A DNA stretch of 64,000 nucleotides from Amoebophrya sp. A120 (lineage: Eukaryota > Protista > Dinoflagellata): contig CAJINV010000003.1 of NCBI GenBank assembly GCA_905178155.1, positions 5,153,700-5,217,699 on the forward strand, read 5' to 3'. The position numbers were made by a program, and so were the translations under genes. This document shows positions 52,718 to 64,000 of this stretch, piece after piece. Numbering within the stretch: the first letter of the stretch is position 1; each line of letters opens with the position of its first letter. Under the pieces are notes generated by a model that searched no databases, was not told where the DNA came from, and saw only the letters and a list, made by a program, of their open reading frames with translations.

Positions 52718-55700
52718 ATGGAAACAAAGGAAACCCCCACTAGTACCTATGTCGGCGCGTTTCCACAAACAAACCGAAAGAACGCCTGCATCGCACGCTT
52801 TGATCGTGATGCGATAACGAAAATGACCACCCGAGGAAGAAGCCCCCGCTGGGGGGGAACCTGTGTGTGGTGCAAAAGCCGGGCGCTTTTGAGAGGTAGG
52901 ACACAACAAGCGAGTGCTGCGTTCGTAGTTTCCTCTACTACAGGAGTCTGCATGTCGTGGGCACTCGTCGTCCTCCTTCAGACTTGCACCACCACGGCTG
53001 CTGGTGTCGCAAAGCAAAGCTCCTTTCCCGATTCTCGTGACGAGAATGACCCGGATGGCTTTTTGGAGACTCGGGCGGCCGACGCCGAAAAATACGGAGA
53101 GAATGAGCTGCAGCAACGGATTGTAGTTGACCACGACGGGCACACATTGGATGAGGACAGCTTCGCGCCGGAATTCGACACGCAGGTGGAGGACGACGGA
53201 TTACAGAACGCGGGGAAACTACAGTTGTACGCCGGGGCACACGCACCAGACGGAGGAGATGAACAAGGAGGCTCTGGTGCATCGCCGTTCGTCCAAAAAC
53301 ATGAGCACGCGCCTGGGGTCACCAACAACTCCCCCTCCAAGCACGATCGTAAAGAAGATCTTGGCGCTGAGTCCTCTCGTCTTCCGAAATCCTTTGTCGC
53401 GACGGGGGAGGACACGTCAAGGACGTCCTCGGTGCAACGCCAGTCTTTCAGCCAACGGGACTCCAACGCCATATCTTCAAAGACGTTTTCCGCTGATACT
53501 ACAACTCGGCGGGATCATGAAGATGGCTCCCCTTACAGCAACTCGACTTCCTTCCCTTCAACGAAAACTTGGCGGTTTGACAATTTGCAAGACAGCGACT
53601 TCGTCCCTTCCGGCCGGGCCCTTCCCAAGGAGGTGTTGGAACACGAAGCGAACTGGTTCCGCACAGACCACAAATTTAAGTATCTGATGATCTCGTACCC
53701 GACCTCTGAAACCACGACCAGGCACGCACTGCACGCAGCAAGTACAAGCAAACAGCTGGCTGGCAGTTACGACTTAGCCGAGGATCTTGCTTTTAACGTG
53801 GGCACAGGGGGGTTCTGGGGTCTCGTCGCAACGGCTGCAAAATGGGGCATCCGGACGGTGAAGTACATTTACGAATCCATGCAGGTACGAGACTCCTTCT
53901 TTCACGCCACTTCCACCTCGTTCAACACGTGGTGGCGGAGCCGGCACTGGTGGTGGAACCAACGTCGCACCCCGCAAAACGACACGGAAAGTTTGGCCAA
54001 ACACGAAGAGGACAGGAAAACCTGGCACAGGCCAATCGTGGACTACCTCCGAAACAGGCTCGGGTACACGACTCGGGCAGACGACGACACGACTCGGCGA
54101 GACGATTTCGGGTACACGACTCGGGCAACCTCGATTTCGAAAGAAGACACCGAGAGGCTTCACAAGGATCTCCTAGAGGGGTCCATAGAGGGGCATCGGA
54201 AACCTCACCTCGGGCCCGTCCTGAAGGCGCACTTTATTCCCCACTTCCATTACATCTATTGTAGCGTAGAGCCAGAAATCATGAACGCACTCACGCTGCC
54301 CCTGCTAGATCCGGAAATCCTGGCGGACGAAAAGGAGCTGTGCGCGGAGATAGCGAATTCTACCACCGCGGCGAGTGAAGATGGAAGCGGTTTGCCAAAG
54401 AACGGTCTCTGCCAGGGAACTTCTAAAAATGCTACAGCCACTTCAACCAACGGCGGCCCAACGTGGAACACGACTGTAGCCACAATCCTGAACTTCGCGG
54501 ATGCCCTTCTCGGCTCGTGTCGACGAAGAAACCCACAAACCGCATCTGCGGGAAGTAGCAACGCGACGGGCAAGAACACGGAGGAAGCCGAGGCGCCTTC
54601 CTCTTTGTGGGACACAGCGAAAGAAAAGTTGGGGCTCGGCAGTGCCAGATACAAAAAGAAAGAAAAAAGCCGTCCACGACGCACCGAGGCGGACGAAAGG
54701 TCGACCTTTTCGGATCTGCGAGAAGGTCTCAGTAATCTGGATCCGGAGACTATCGCGAGAAAAAACTGTTCAAACCTTTGCAGACTCGGAAACAACAACA
54801 CTCGGTGAGCATGACACACAAAACTTGTAGTATTGCGCCAGACCATTCATGAAGAGAAAACTGGAAGAATGCACGAAGTACGCATGACTTGCTTCTCCAG
54901 CTTGATGCACTACTATGGGGATATAAGGTGCTTTCCCAGCATGACAAAAAAAGTCTCAAGGAAAACTGTCCGCATGATAAGTTGACAGCACTGAGACCAT
55001 TTAAAATTTTCCTCGCGATAGAGACCGAGGAGATCGTTTGTGACTTCAAAGTGTACGGAGAGTGGCATTCGGCTAGTGGTTGGGCATTGCAAACCGCAGG
55101 CTCGCTGAGGCGGCGGAAGAAGTGGAAGTTCTTTGTCCCGCCCCGGGAAACGGACTACTCCCAGATGATCGGGCCCATACTGTCACGAAACATGCTGCCG
55201 AAAGTGATGAGGGAAAGGCTTGGTTTCAAAAAAGCAGGGGAACACCTGACTCCCGTGGAAAAGGAGGCGAAAGCGAACTTGCGCCAGGCGAAAGTAGCGA
55301 CGCGGCCGCTCGGCGGAAAACTAAAACTGCCACAGCAGAAGTACTGCAAGGTGGAACTCGAAAAGTCGATCATGTTCCCAGTGAAGTCTCGGTTTCGACT
55401 GGGATTCGGCATGGGGCGACTCATCAAAGCCATGGTCATGAAGGTCGCGGAAGGAAAGACGGACTACAGCCTATTAAGAGGAAAAATCCCCCCTCCCCAT
55501 ATCGAACAGGTATGTTTCCGAAAATTTGTGTTGCTGATTTGAGACCCCAAATCGCGTGTGTCTTGCAAGAAGGCAACGCCACAACCTCCGCAGCATTGTG
55601 TAGGCGGTTTATGATGCTGATGGGCCTACAGCATGGACGTTTCTCATGCTAGACGCCTAGGCCAAAACCTCTCAGCTTAGGCTTATTATGGGCCTGCATT

Positions 55701-58538
55701 CCTGTCCAGCAAGACAAATCTGATTTGCGTACGCAAATCCTGCATCCACTTATCCCTCTCGGTATTCGGTCGCAGGGAAGGGTTGCCGGGGTCTCCCTCG
55801 CATCGGTTCTCGATGTCGGGTGTGAGTTTGTGACTGCGGGGGCAGTGGTTGGCTTAGGTTTGTGGAGTACTTCTGAAAAGAGGCTCCCATTCCTTCTTCC
55901 AGGCAGCGATCCTAGATCGCTGCCACGCGGAGCCACCCCCGTATTTCACCCCCAGGGGGTTGTGGACCTGGCAAAACCGATGAGTTCGGGCTGCTGACTG
56001 TTCCACCTCTTCCGAGTGCGATCATGTTACGCCTCACGCCTCACGCAAATCCTGCATCAGAGACTTCGTTTCGATATGGGGGGGGAGATTTTTCCTTTTG
56101 ATACAGCCGCAACTTTTTCGCTGCCGTGGGAAAGATTTCCACAGTGTCGCAGCATGAAATAGAGAACTCCGCCCTGCAATACCGCGAGATGCAGAAGCTG
56201 TTGGCGCGCAGGCGCATGGAGCACAAGCGGTTCGTGACGAAGCAAAGTTTTGACACGCAAATTATGCAGCTGGTACAAGAAAAAGAGAACCAAAACTCGG
56301 CCTTCGCCCGCGGGTCCCAGCTCTCCGCGGAGCTGAGCCACCGGGTTGCAGTGCATGCGTCACCCGAAGTGAAGGAACTGTACTCGTCCCAGGACCTGCG
56401 CAGACTTTTTGCCCATGCAGACAAGAATGCGGACGGGAAAGTGGATCCGGCGGAGTGGGAGCTGTTTTGGCAGGAAGTAGTGGACTATCCAGTACAAATA
56501 CGTCTGGGTCTGGAAAAATAAAATCGGAGCCTGTATCGTGTGTCTTGCATTCCTGCAAAATCTGTACTGATGGACCAACAATAGAAAGAGCTCTCTTGTC
56601 ATGCAAGAACGCAGTTTGTTTCTAGTGAAGTGCCGTGCGCTCTACGCATGAGGCAGCGTGGTCTTAAAAACTTGTCGTGCTTCGTCGCTCGACTCAGGAG
56701 CATCATGCATGCTCAAAAATAAGTAATCGCGACACAGCATCACAAGTTTCCAGACTGACCCAGCCATATTTCGGTTTCATATGGATCTTGATCGAAGCGG
56801 CACCGTCTCGATAGGAGAGTTTTTCGAAGTCTTTGGCTTCGAATCCGTCCGAGTCAGAGGCCCGGACGAGCAACAAAGAATAAAAGCCGACTTCTGCGCC
56901 GAAAGGAGGCAGGAGCTGGAGGAGCTGCAACTCATCGAGCGTCGTAAATTGGAGGAGGCAAAGGCAGACATCGATAATTCCACACACGGAGCGGCGTTGG
57001 TCGAGCGTACGGAATTTCGGCTGGCGCAAATCGACGAGCAGCTGCGACTGCTGTTCAGCAATAGCACAAGAACGAATTGCACATCTCTCCTCGTCGACGA
57101 ATCGGGGAACGACGCCGAGCAAGAGTCTTCAGGGGACGACCTGCAATCGTCAGGCGAAGAGAGCTCGGCCTCTTTCGACGAAAGGGAGGAAAGAAGAGCG
57201 GGCGATGTTTTGAAGATTCGGGTCATGAACACAACGATGACCATATCCTGAGGGAAAACGTGGTCGTACCCAGCCCAGAGTGAAGATGCGAATTTATTCG
57301 GCGACACGCATCAATTTGTTGCGCATGACAAGTATGGGCGCGTAGTGCGATCGTGTTTACGTACCGCCACATCACAACTCGATCGCTTCATGCTCTATAA
57401 TAGAGCATGCCAAGTTCCCATCCTTATTAGAGCATGCCAAGTAGGAAAACGCAAACGCTCCGCATCGGATTGCGCATTACAAACATGTTAGGCATGCCGT
57501 TTTGCATGACATTAGATAGAAAAACCTGGGCTGGGGACGTTTTTCCACAGGATCGACCATCCCGGAACTGCGCGATATCTTCCTTTACACCGCCGATTTG
57601 ACCATGCCGCACGGAATATCCTGAGTAAAAACGTACCCACACCAGAGTCAGGATGAGGATTTTGCAACACAAACCTAGGAGTTTTGTGAGTCACGCATGA
57701 CAAGTTTCAGTCCGTAAGGTAGTGCAAGTTAGCAAGGAAAGCCGCATCACAAATCGACCTGCTGATCCTGTTCACAGCATCACAAATTCCAAAACACGAT
57801 TGGAAATGGCTCTCATGGGAGTGCGCATCACAAATGTCTTTGTCATTGCAAATCTGCATTACAACTCTGGGGTGGGTACGTTTTTACTCAGGATACGGAA
57901 CACTTCCCCCCACCGACAGCCTGGTGTTCTTCGAGCTGGGTGACACCGTCCGCAATGGCTTCCTCCATCTCGACGAGTTCGAAGTTTTGTTCCAGGCCAA
58001 GGCTTTGGGAGTCGACGAAAAGCGGAAGCAGCAGGAAAAGATCATCACAAAGCAGCTGGATTCCTTGCGGAAAACGCCAGCCTTTCTGACGGGAAACAGG
58101 ACCATCGACAAGAAGAACGTGGAGCAGATCAAGATTATGAAGCAGGCTCTGTTAAACGCGAAGACCGACCCGCAGCAGCGCGTCGACCACAAACTCTCTG
58201 AGATCAACGCACTGAACCCCAAGTACGTTACCGACGCGGACAAGCAGTTACTATCCATGGCTCTGCTGGGGTCGCAGGAGAAGCTTTTTCCGGTGGAAAA
58301 AGAGGGCGCTCAGCTACAACCACAAAATTATGCGAAAGAACCCGAAAATGAAGAAGAACTTCTAAAGCCGGAGGACGACCAGCAGAGTAGCACCAGGACC
58401 GACAAACAAGAAGAATCACCGCAGAAATCCACGATCGCAAGTGATGCTAAACCATCAGCCGCGAAGGGGGACGAGCAGCAGAAACCGAAGAAGTTTGACG
58501 TCTCAAAATATCTAAACAAGACGAGACAACAACGCTAA
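52718..58538 (+). CDS. Large EF-hand-containing protein, probably secretory (start uncertain: 52718, 52823 or 52952); exons to 54804, ~54855-55471, 56109-56485, 56787-57243, 57560-57616, 57901-58538
   Basis: EF-hand loops DKNADGKVDPAE, DLDRSGTVSIGE (rebuilt across an introner) and DTVRNGFLHLDE; four introners each restore frame; the short intron at 54805 has an uncertain acceptor. Confidence 0.75.
54061..54128 (+). repeat. Coding tandem duplication (GYTTRA twice)
   Basis: CGGGTACACGACTCGGGCA at 54061 and 54109, with a partial ACACGACTCGG copy between. Confidence 0.85.
55472..56103. mobile_element. Introner family D, copy D1 (632 bp including a nested insertion)
   Basis: TATTAAGAGGAAAAATCCCCCCTCCCCATATCGAA...TTCGATATGGGGGGGGAGATTTTTCCTTTTGATA; direct repeat CAGCC (55467-55471, 56104-56108); removal gives TDYS-R-NFFAAVGK. 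Confidence 0.95.
55747..56042 (+). mobile_element. 296-bp SINE-like or truncated non-LTR insertion nested in introner D1
   Basis: Perfect 16-bp direct repeat ACGCAAATCCTGCATC (55731-55746, 56043-56058); absent from sister copy D2; 3' GCCTCAC tandem tail; perfect hairpin GGCAGCGATC-CTA-GATCGCTGCC. Confidence 0.8.
56486..56781. mobile_element. Introner family B-related, diverged copy B3 (296 bp)
   Basis: TATCCAGTACAAATACGTCTGGGTCTGGAAA...TTTCCAGACTGACCCAGCCATATTTCGGTTTCATA; repeat TGGAC/TGGAT (56481-56485, 56782-56786); removal rebuilds EF-hand VD-LDRSGTV. Confidence 0.9.
57244..57554. mobile_element. Introner family A-related, diverged copy A4 (311 bp)
   Basis: TATCCTGAGGGAAAACGT..CCCAGCCCAG / CTGGGCTGGGGACGTTTTTCCACAGGATC; direct repeat GACCA (57239-57243, 57555-57559); removal gives MT-I-PELRDIF. 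Confidence 0.9.
57617..57895. mobile_element. Introner family A, copy A3 (279 bp), inverted relative to A1/A2
   Basis: TATCCTGAGTAAAAACGTACCCACACCAGAGT...ACTCTGGGGTGGGTACGTTTTTACTCAGGATA; direct repeat CGGAA (57612-57616, 57896-57900); its reverse complement aligns to A1. Confidence 0.95.
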
Positions 58539-59532
58539 AGAAACACAAACGGAGGAAAACACACTGAAACTTAATATTTGAGTTTGCCTTTACATACAAG
58601 AATTTTGAGAAATAAATACTTAAGAAGTTTCGCTAGGCAAACGCGTTCTCTGTACTAACGTTGTTGACCCCTTTTCCCCTTTGTATAATGATGTAACCTG
58701 TCGAAATACTCAGCAACTACAAGAAAGACATACGTGACGGGCCTCATGTGATGCCTGTCGAAGGCTCAAGCTTGCTGCTACGAGGAAGGCTGGAGTGACA
58801 AAGTTCAGTTTATTTCACTTCCCAATCACAAGGAACAAATCTTTCTTACTCACAATGTGCGCTTGAGAAAACGTTGAAAAAACAGTCCCCGAGGAAGGAA
58901 AGCCGAAAGAAGAAGCGGAGGCAAACTGTCTACATCTGTTCGGGCACCAGAACGACATACAAAAACGGGGAGAGCACGTTCCTCGCTGTTTCCATCGTCT
59001 TAAAGTCGGTCTCTCGCGTCTGATTTCTATATTCTTCTTCGCTTGTTCAAGCGCGCCCGCGCGCAGTGAACTAACGCCGGCGGACAAAAGTAATTCGCCG
59101 GGCACTTTGTCATATGGCATCGATCGTTCAAGAACTCCCGGATGAATCACTTTCGATCGATAGCTGGAAGAATCGCTTAACTATTCAAGTTTTCGAACTT
59201 ATTCTTCGTTTGCTAATATGTAAAAGTGTGAATGTAATTCTGTTGCGAATGAATCGATTCGAATTCGTGCAAATCGGCCCAGAAGCAAATCGCTAACACT
59301 CGTCGTATTTGTTGTCTATAGCATGCATTCGAGTAGTCGTGTCGGTTTCAAAGGGTGCTATGATCGTCTTCGAAATGTCGATGAGAGTACGCCAACAAGT
59401 AAGTACCCTTACGAATAGGAGGGCTGTGTAACTGTAAGTCATCTAATTGAAATATATGTCAGCGTCTAAAAAAGGAACAAATTGCCTTCATATTTCGATA
59501 CAACAGTCGAAGACTAATAAATACAACCAACC

Positions 59533-62440
59533 ATGGGAGTTTTTGACTCGCAGAAGCTCTCGGGCCCCGAGCTTGGGCGGCGACTGCGTTTGCTGCTACG
59601 CAGGTACGCGGACATTGCGCAGGCCCTGGACCTCGCATTAGGGCCCGAGCACGGCATCCGCATAAAGGACGCATTTGACGTATCCAACTTTTCCGACGGG
59701 CAACTGGACAAGTTTTACCGAGAGTACAAGAAGGAAAATGGCATCGTCGACCCGCCTCCGGTGCCGACCCAACAAGCAGCCGCTCCTCGAGTGATAGTGG
59801 GAACGAGTCAGCCAACTTCCAGCTCCAACGATTTGTGGCTCGCACGCCAGGGACAAGAACAGGCCGCAAAGATGAACAGGGATGATCCGACCGCAGCTGA
59901 TCATATTCCCACACGTGCGACGACTACGATCACCAAGGAGATTAAAGCCGCATCTCCTGCTGCTGCCGCAGAATTGCGGAAGCCGAAGCGAAACAGTGGC
60001 GCTCGCTCAGTTGAAGCCTCCGCGGCGAAGGCGGCCACGGCTTCTCAGGCTGCGGTGGCAACAAGCAGTGCGAAAAGTGCAGGAGCACGAGGACCGCAGC
60101 CAGCGTCAGATCGCGAGGTCGAGGGGGGCCACAGAAGATCCGCTGACATAATTCCCGCGGTTCTCGCAGAAGCCGATGAGAACATCGTGGACCACTACCT
60201 GGCAATGGATAGTACAGAAGGAAGTGCAAAGAGCAACGCGAAATCTGAGGTGAGGACCTCTACGGTGGATGCATTGGATGAGGATGAAGGTGCAACTGGT
60301 GGCCCCGATACTGCGCCCACCGCGGTGGGGAAACCAGCTGCAACCGAAGTAGCGACTGTTGGCAAAGAACCCAAAAGTCGAGGGGGGCCACCCGCGAAGT
60401 CAGCACCGGGTCCGAAAAAAGAAGTGGATGCTGAGCAAGCTGACCACCGCCGCAAATCTCGAGCGATAGTGCGAGAGACGCACGCAGCAAAAAGTGCCGC
60501 TGCTGCCGCGCACAGCAATCAAAAGCTGAGTCCGCAGCAGCGCTGGAAGATGCTGGGAAAATCGGCTGAAACTGCGTCCAGCATAAAGAGCGGTACATGT
60601 TAAAGATACAAGTCATTGTCGAACCACCTAACATAAATTTGTTTGTCCCTGCTGATCTTTCTTGAGAACGAGAATGAAACTGTAAAGTGAAGGGAATGCA
60701 CATGCAGAAGATGAAGGCTGTACCAACTGAGATTCAGTAAGCGCAGTTATATCGAAATAAAAATTTCACTTTACCTTGCTTCGCTCGTAGCATAGTTAGA
60801 GGTGCTCTGAAAACCGATCAGGATCGTCGACGAGCAGCCCAACGAGAAAGTCCGGTGTTGGAGGGGTTGGAGTGCGCGGTGATCGAGCGAAATCGAGGTC
60901 GTCTGCTAGCGCGGTTTCCTCCACAGGAACGTCCGCACTGGACGTCAGAAGCTCGGGCGCGGACCAGAGTGGAACGACGTCCCTGGTAGAGCCGAGGAGC
61001 GATCCGGCGGCAAAAGACAAGCGGCGTGCGTCGACGCTGCCTCGAAGGTCCCTCGGACAGACGGAAACCAAATTCTGGCTCTACTTGCAATCTGCACTGG
61101 AAAGAGCAGCTCGAGCGACCGAAAACGCGGCTGCAATGTACTTACTTCTTTGTAGTCAATCTTCATCAACATCGATGCATGACGTGCTGGTAGATCTGGT
61201 TACAGACTAGACATTTCGTGGTTCATCACTACAACTTCATGCTCTTTTTTTGCGGGATCAAATGTGGTGGACGCCAGAGCGACCGCGACCCTGGTAGTTG
61301 GTTCATCTGTGAATACCACGTGAAGTAGAAAATGAACTACAGAGAATTCACGACAGGCAGCACATTGCGAGTAGTTTGCAGCTCGGCTACAGCGTTCTGG
61401 ACCCGGAAGACACGGCACACGAAGATTTTTCGTCGTTCCGGCCGACGCAGCAAGGTCCGTTTCTGTACCTGTTTGACACCAAAGTCGACACCAGCGAGTG
61501 GCGCCTGCTGCCCGGCGTACTGGACGCTACGGATGTGGCCAAGCTCCGGCCCTTATTGAGAGGAAGAATCCCCCCTCCCAATATTGACAAGGCACGTTTT
61601 CGAAAATTTGTGTTGCTGATTTGTGGCCACAAATCGTCTCTGTGTTGCATGAGGGCAACTCCACAGGCGCCGCCGCATTCTACAGGCGGTTTGTCATGCT
61701 GTTGCTCCTACAGCGCGGACGTCTGTCATGCTGAGCGCCCAGGCCATAACCTGACTCGTGGCCGCAAATCAGCAGCACAGGTTTCCGCTTCGATATGGGG
61801 AGGGGGGATTTTTCCCTTTGATAGCCCTTCCTCTCCGACTACCTCACCACCGTGGAGGTGACCGCGGTCCCGCGGCACGAGCGGGACTCCAAGATGCGCC
61901 GGGCCACGGACGGCGACGAGCACAGCTTCCAAATCTTCCGCACCCACTCTTCCCATCTGAAGGCCCCCGCGCTCACGGTACTGCAGCCCGGCAAGCTCTT
62001 CTACTTGTCGCAGTCGTGTTGGCTGAAAGAGGACGGACTCACGAGAGACTTCATCGCGGGCGTGCGCATCTACTTCGAAACCCAGGTACTTTTATTCTTT
62101 TCCGATGGAAGGCCATGCATACAGTTTTTTTCTGTTTTCTGTTCTAGTTGCTTTCCGCTGTATCTTCATGAGGCGAGCTACTGTTCCCCTGAAGTGAGGA
62201 CCGACCCATGGAACCGACTAGCTACGATACACGCACACATGTGGTAAATACAAACTTTTCTCATCGGCGATCTTACTCAACACTTAGGCACCTACGCCGG
62301 AAGGCACTGCGCAAGGACGGCCCTTCGTACAGATCCGGCCCTACCGCCTGTCGTTGAAGGTGTGGCGTCCCGACCAACAAGTGTGCACTACGGAAGACTT
62401 GCTAGATCTCATATTTCGCCGTATGGCAAAGTCAGCTTGA
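59533..62440 (+). CDS. Unknown protein with low-complexity middle; exons 59533-60592, 60822-61137, 61357-61553, 61829-62085, 62288-62440
   Basis: ORF pieces join in phase through three GT-AG introns and introner D2; no domain recognised. Confidence 0.7.
61554..61823. mobile_element. Introner family D, copy D2 (270 bp)
   Basis: TATTGAGAGGAAGAATCCCCCCTCCCAATATTGA...TCGATATGGGGAGGGGGGATTTTTCCCTTTGATA; direct repeat GCCCT (61549-61553, 61824-61828); removal gives KLRP-F-LSDYL. Confidence 0.95.
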
Positions 62441-63347
62441 AGGATTGGAGAGCGTAGTACCGTAGACACAAATAAGAAGTCGCTGTTAGATGATGAAGGC
62501 TTGCTAGAAGCACTTGCGCCAGCACTGCATGCAGAGACTCCTTGACGTTTCTTCCAAACATGGACGATACGAAGGATCGATCATCGTCATGCGGTTTCTG
62601 AGTTCCAAGAAAATGGAAAATTGCGTGAAATTGCAGAGCAGCGGATCGATGCAGAAGCGGCGGCGCATTGCCAGAGACGCGCTCTACTCAGGCCCTGATA
62701 AGTATTGAGCCGAGATGTTGATGAAGCTGTTGCACCTCTCTGCTTTATTTGGCACCAGATCCAGATATTTGGAAGCGATCAATAGTAAACAAAATGTCCG
62801 ACTCGTCAATGAGCGCTCGTTTTTCCTCTCGCGCAGATCATTGTGGTGCAGACCTGACGGGATTGCCCGGACGATTCAGAAGAGAGCAACGAATTCTAGA
62901 TCCACTTTTTTTCTCTCTGTAAGTTTTGTTGTTGGTACAATGTTCTCGGACCCCAGCAAGAACCCCAGAACTCAGAAAAAAGAGTAACATGCCTGACATA
63001 GTTTTTTTACTTAGTGGACACACTTCTAGAAGCTGCTGTGTAGTAGAGTATTCCGCCAACATTTGCCTACAACAATATTTGGTTCCAACTCCAAGCGTCT
63101 GACTCCTGCATCTTACATAGGTGGTCGCACGTTTGTCATGTCTAGTTCCTCGAGTCCAAGTGGCACTGCGCGCGTCCGGATGCAGATAGAGGAGGCAGTT
63201 TTGCGGCGATGACGACGAGCGGAAGGGCAACGCGGATGGTGCACATCCCGTCGATGTAGCAGGTTGGAGCGGTTTGTTCTACCGCGGTAGACATGTGGCT
63301 TAGACACCGGTCGGGGCAGCCTTCCAGTTTCTCGTTCTCCTCTGTTG

Positions 63348-64000
63348 ATGTCCCTCTCGCAGTTGAATCGGACGCTGCAGCCGGGTGCGCTGGAATGGCG
63401 GCGCCTGTCGCAGGTATCCGGGGGCGCCTCGTCCCCGAACTCTGTCGCGTGGTGTGCCTCGCGAGACCTGCTGGCGCTCATGACCGACACTGTCGTGCAA
63501 ATCCTGGATGTGTCGGAATACCTCTCGACCGAGGGGGCGCCCGAGGCAAAGTGCAAGATCGTCATCGAAAACTACTGCCCCCGCGGAAAGCGCAAGGTAT
63601 CGATACGTTTTGTTGAGTACTGCCAAGAAAGTAGAACTTCTTTCTTTCCACCCAATCATGCGCCGTACTTTTGCCGCCCGTAACCCGAAAGAACAAACGC
63701 ACTCGAAGATTTTGCTGCACTCAACTTTTTGACCTCTCTACTTCAGGTGATCACGCCAGCCCAAGCCGTGCGACTGCGCCGCGATGCGAAGCTCAGCCAA
63801 GCGGCTTTGCTGCAGCACGCCCTGCTTTCACAGCAGACGAAGTCGCATTTCACCTCTATAGCATGGGACGATCATACGAGTACCAGTTCTTCCCTGAACA
63901 AGCCAGGCGGCATTCAGGTGGGGCCGGGATCGAGTCCGGCCGGTGCGGCAGACGCCATGAAACGGCGGCGGGCTGCTCCGGCCACGAGCAAGGGGGCCAA
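63348..64000 (+). CDS. 5' part of a probable beta-propeller protein, weakly reminiscent of the TFIIIC delta subunit N-terminus; exons 63348-63596, 63747->64000
   Basis: Open frame across a GT-AG intron to the window end; SPNSVAWCASRDLLAL and FTSIAWD look like propeller blades; identity uncertain. Confidence 0.55.

Noticed and set aside
58763-58770. Dinoflagellate spliced-leader relic (GGCTCAAG)
   Set aside because: Only 8 nt match; the upstream CCGTAGCCATTTT part is absent.

Overview
Gene-dense eukaryotic DNA, almost certainly alveolate. Gene content, intron style and strandedness suggest a parasitic dinoflagellate (Syndiniales, Amoebophrya-like); this assignment is inference. About 18 intron-containing protein genes lie on the + strand only: WDR31-like, RPS18, ULK4, AIDA, mitochondrial HSP70, CTF18, lipase maturation factor, a CaMK-type kinase, a calpain-7/PalB-like protease, a nucleotide-diphospho-sugar transferase, UTP6, an EF-hand protein and several unknowns. 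The main feature is a population of intron-forming mobile elements (introners). Eleven clear copies from four TIR families, plus decayed ones, interrupt coding sequence. They have TAT...ATA ends (one ends ATC) and 5-bp direct repeats, occur in both orientations, share a repeated TGT(C/G/A)(A/T)TGC motif, and give no GT-AG in any precise-removal register. Removing element plus one repeat copy restores the reading frame each time. The 35 confidently modelled ordinary introns all start GTA, are mostly followed by G, and several keep TIR remnants in the same geometry. This suggests one N|TA-based splice-site rule and an introner-to-canonical-intron life cycle. Two retroposon-like insertions (16-bp and 10-bp TSDs) are nested in introns. 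Gene models were built by hand without RNA data.
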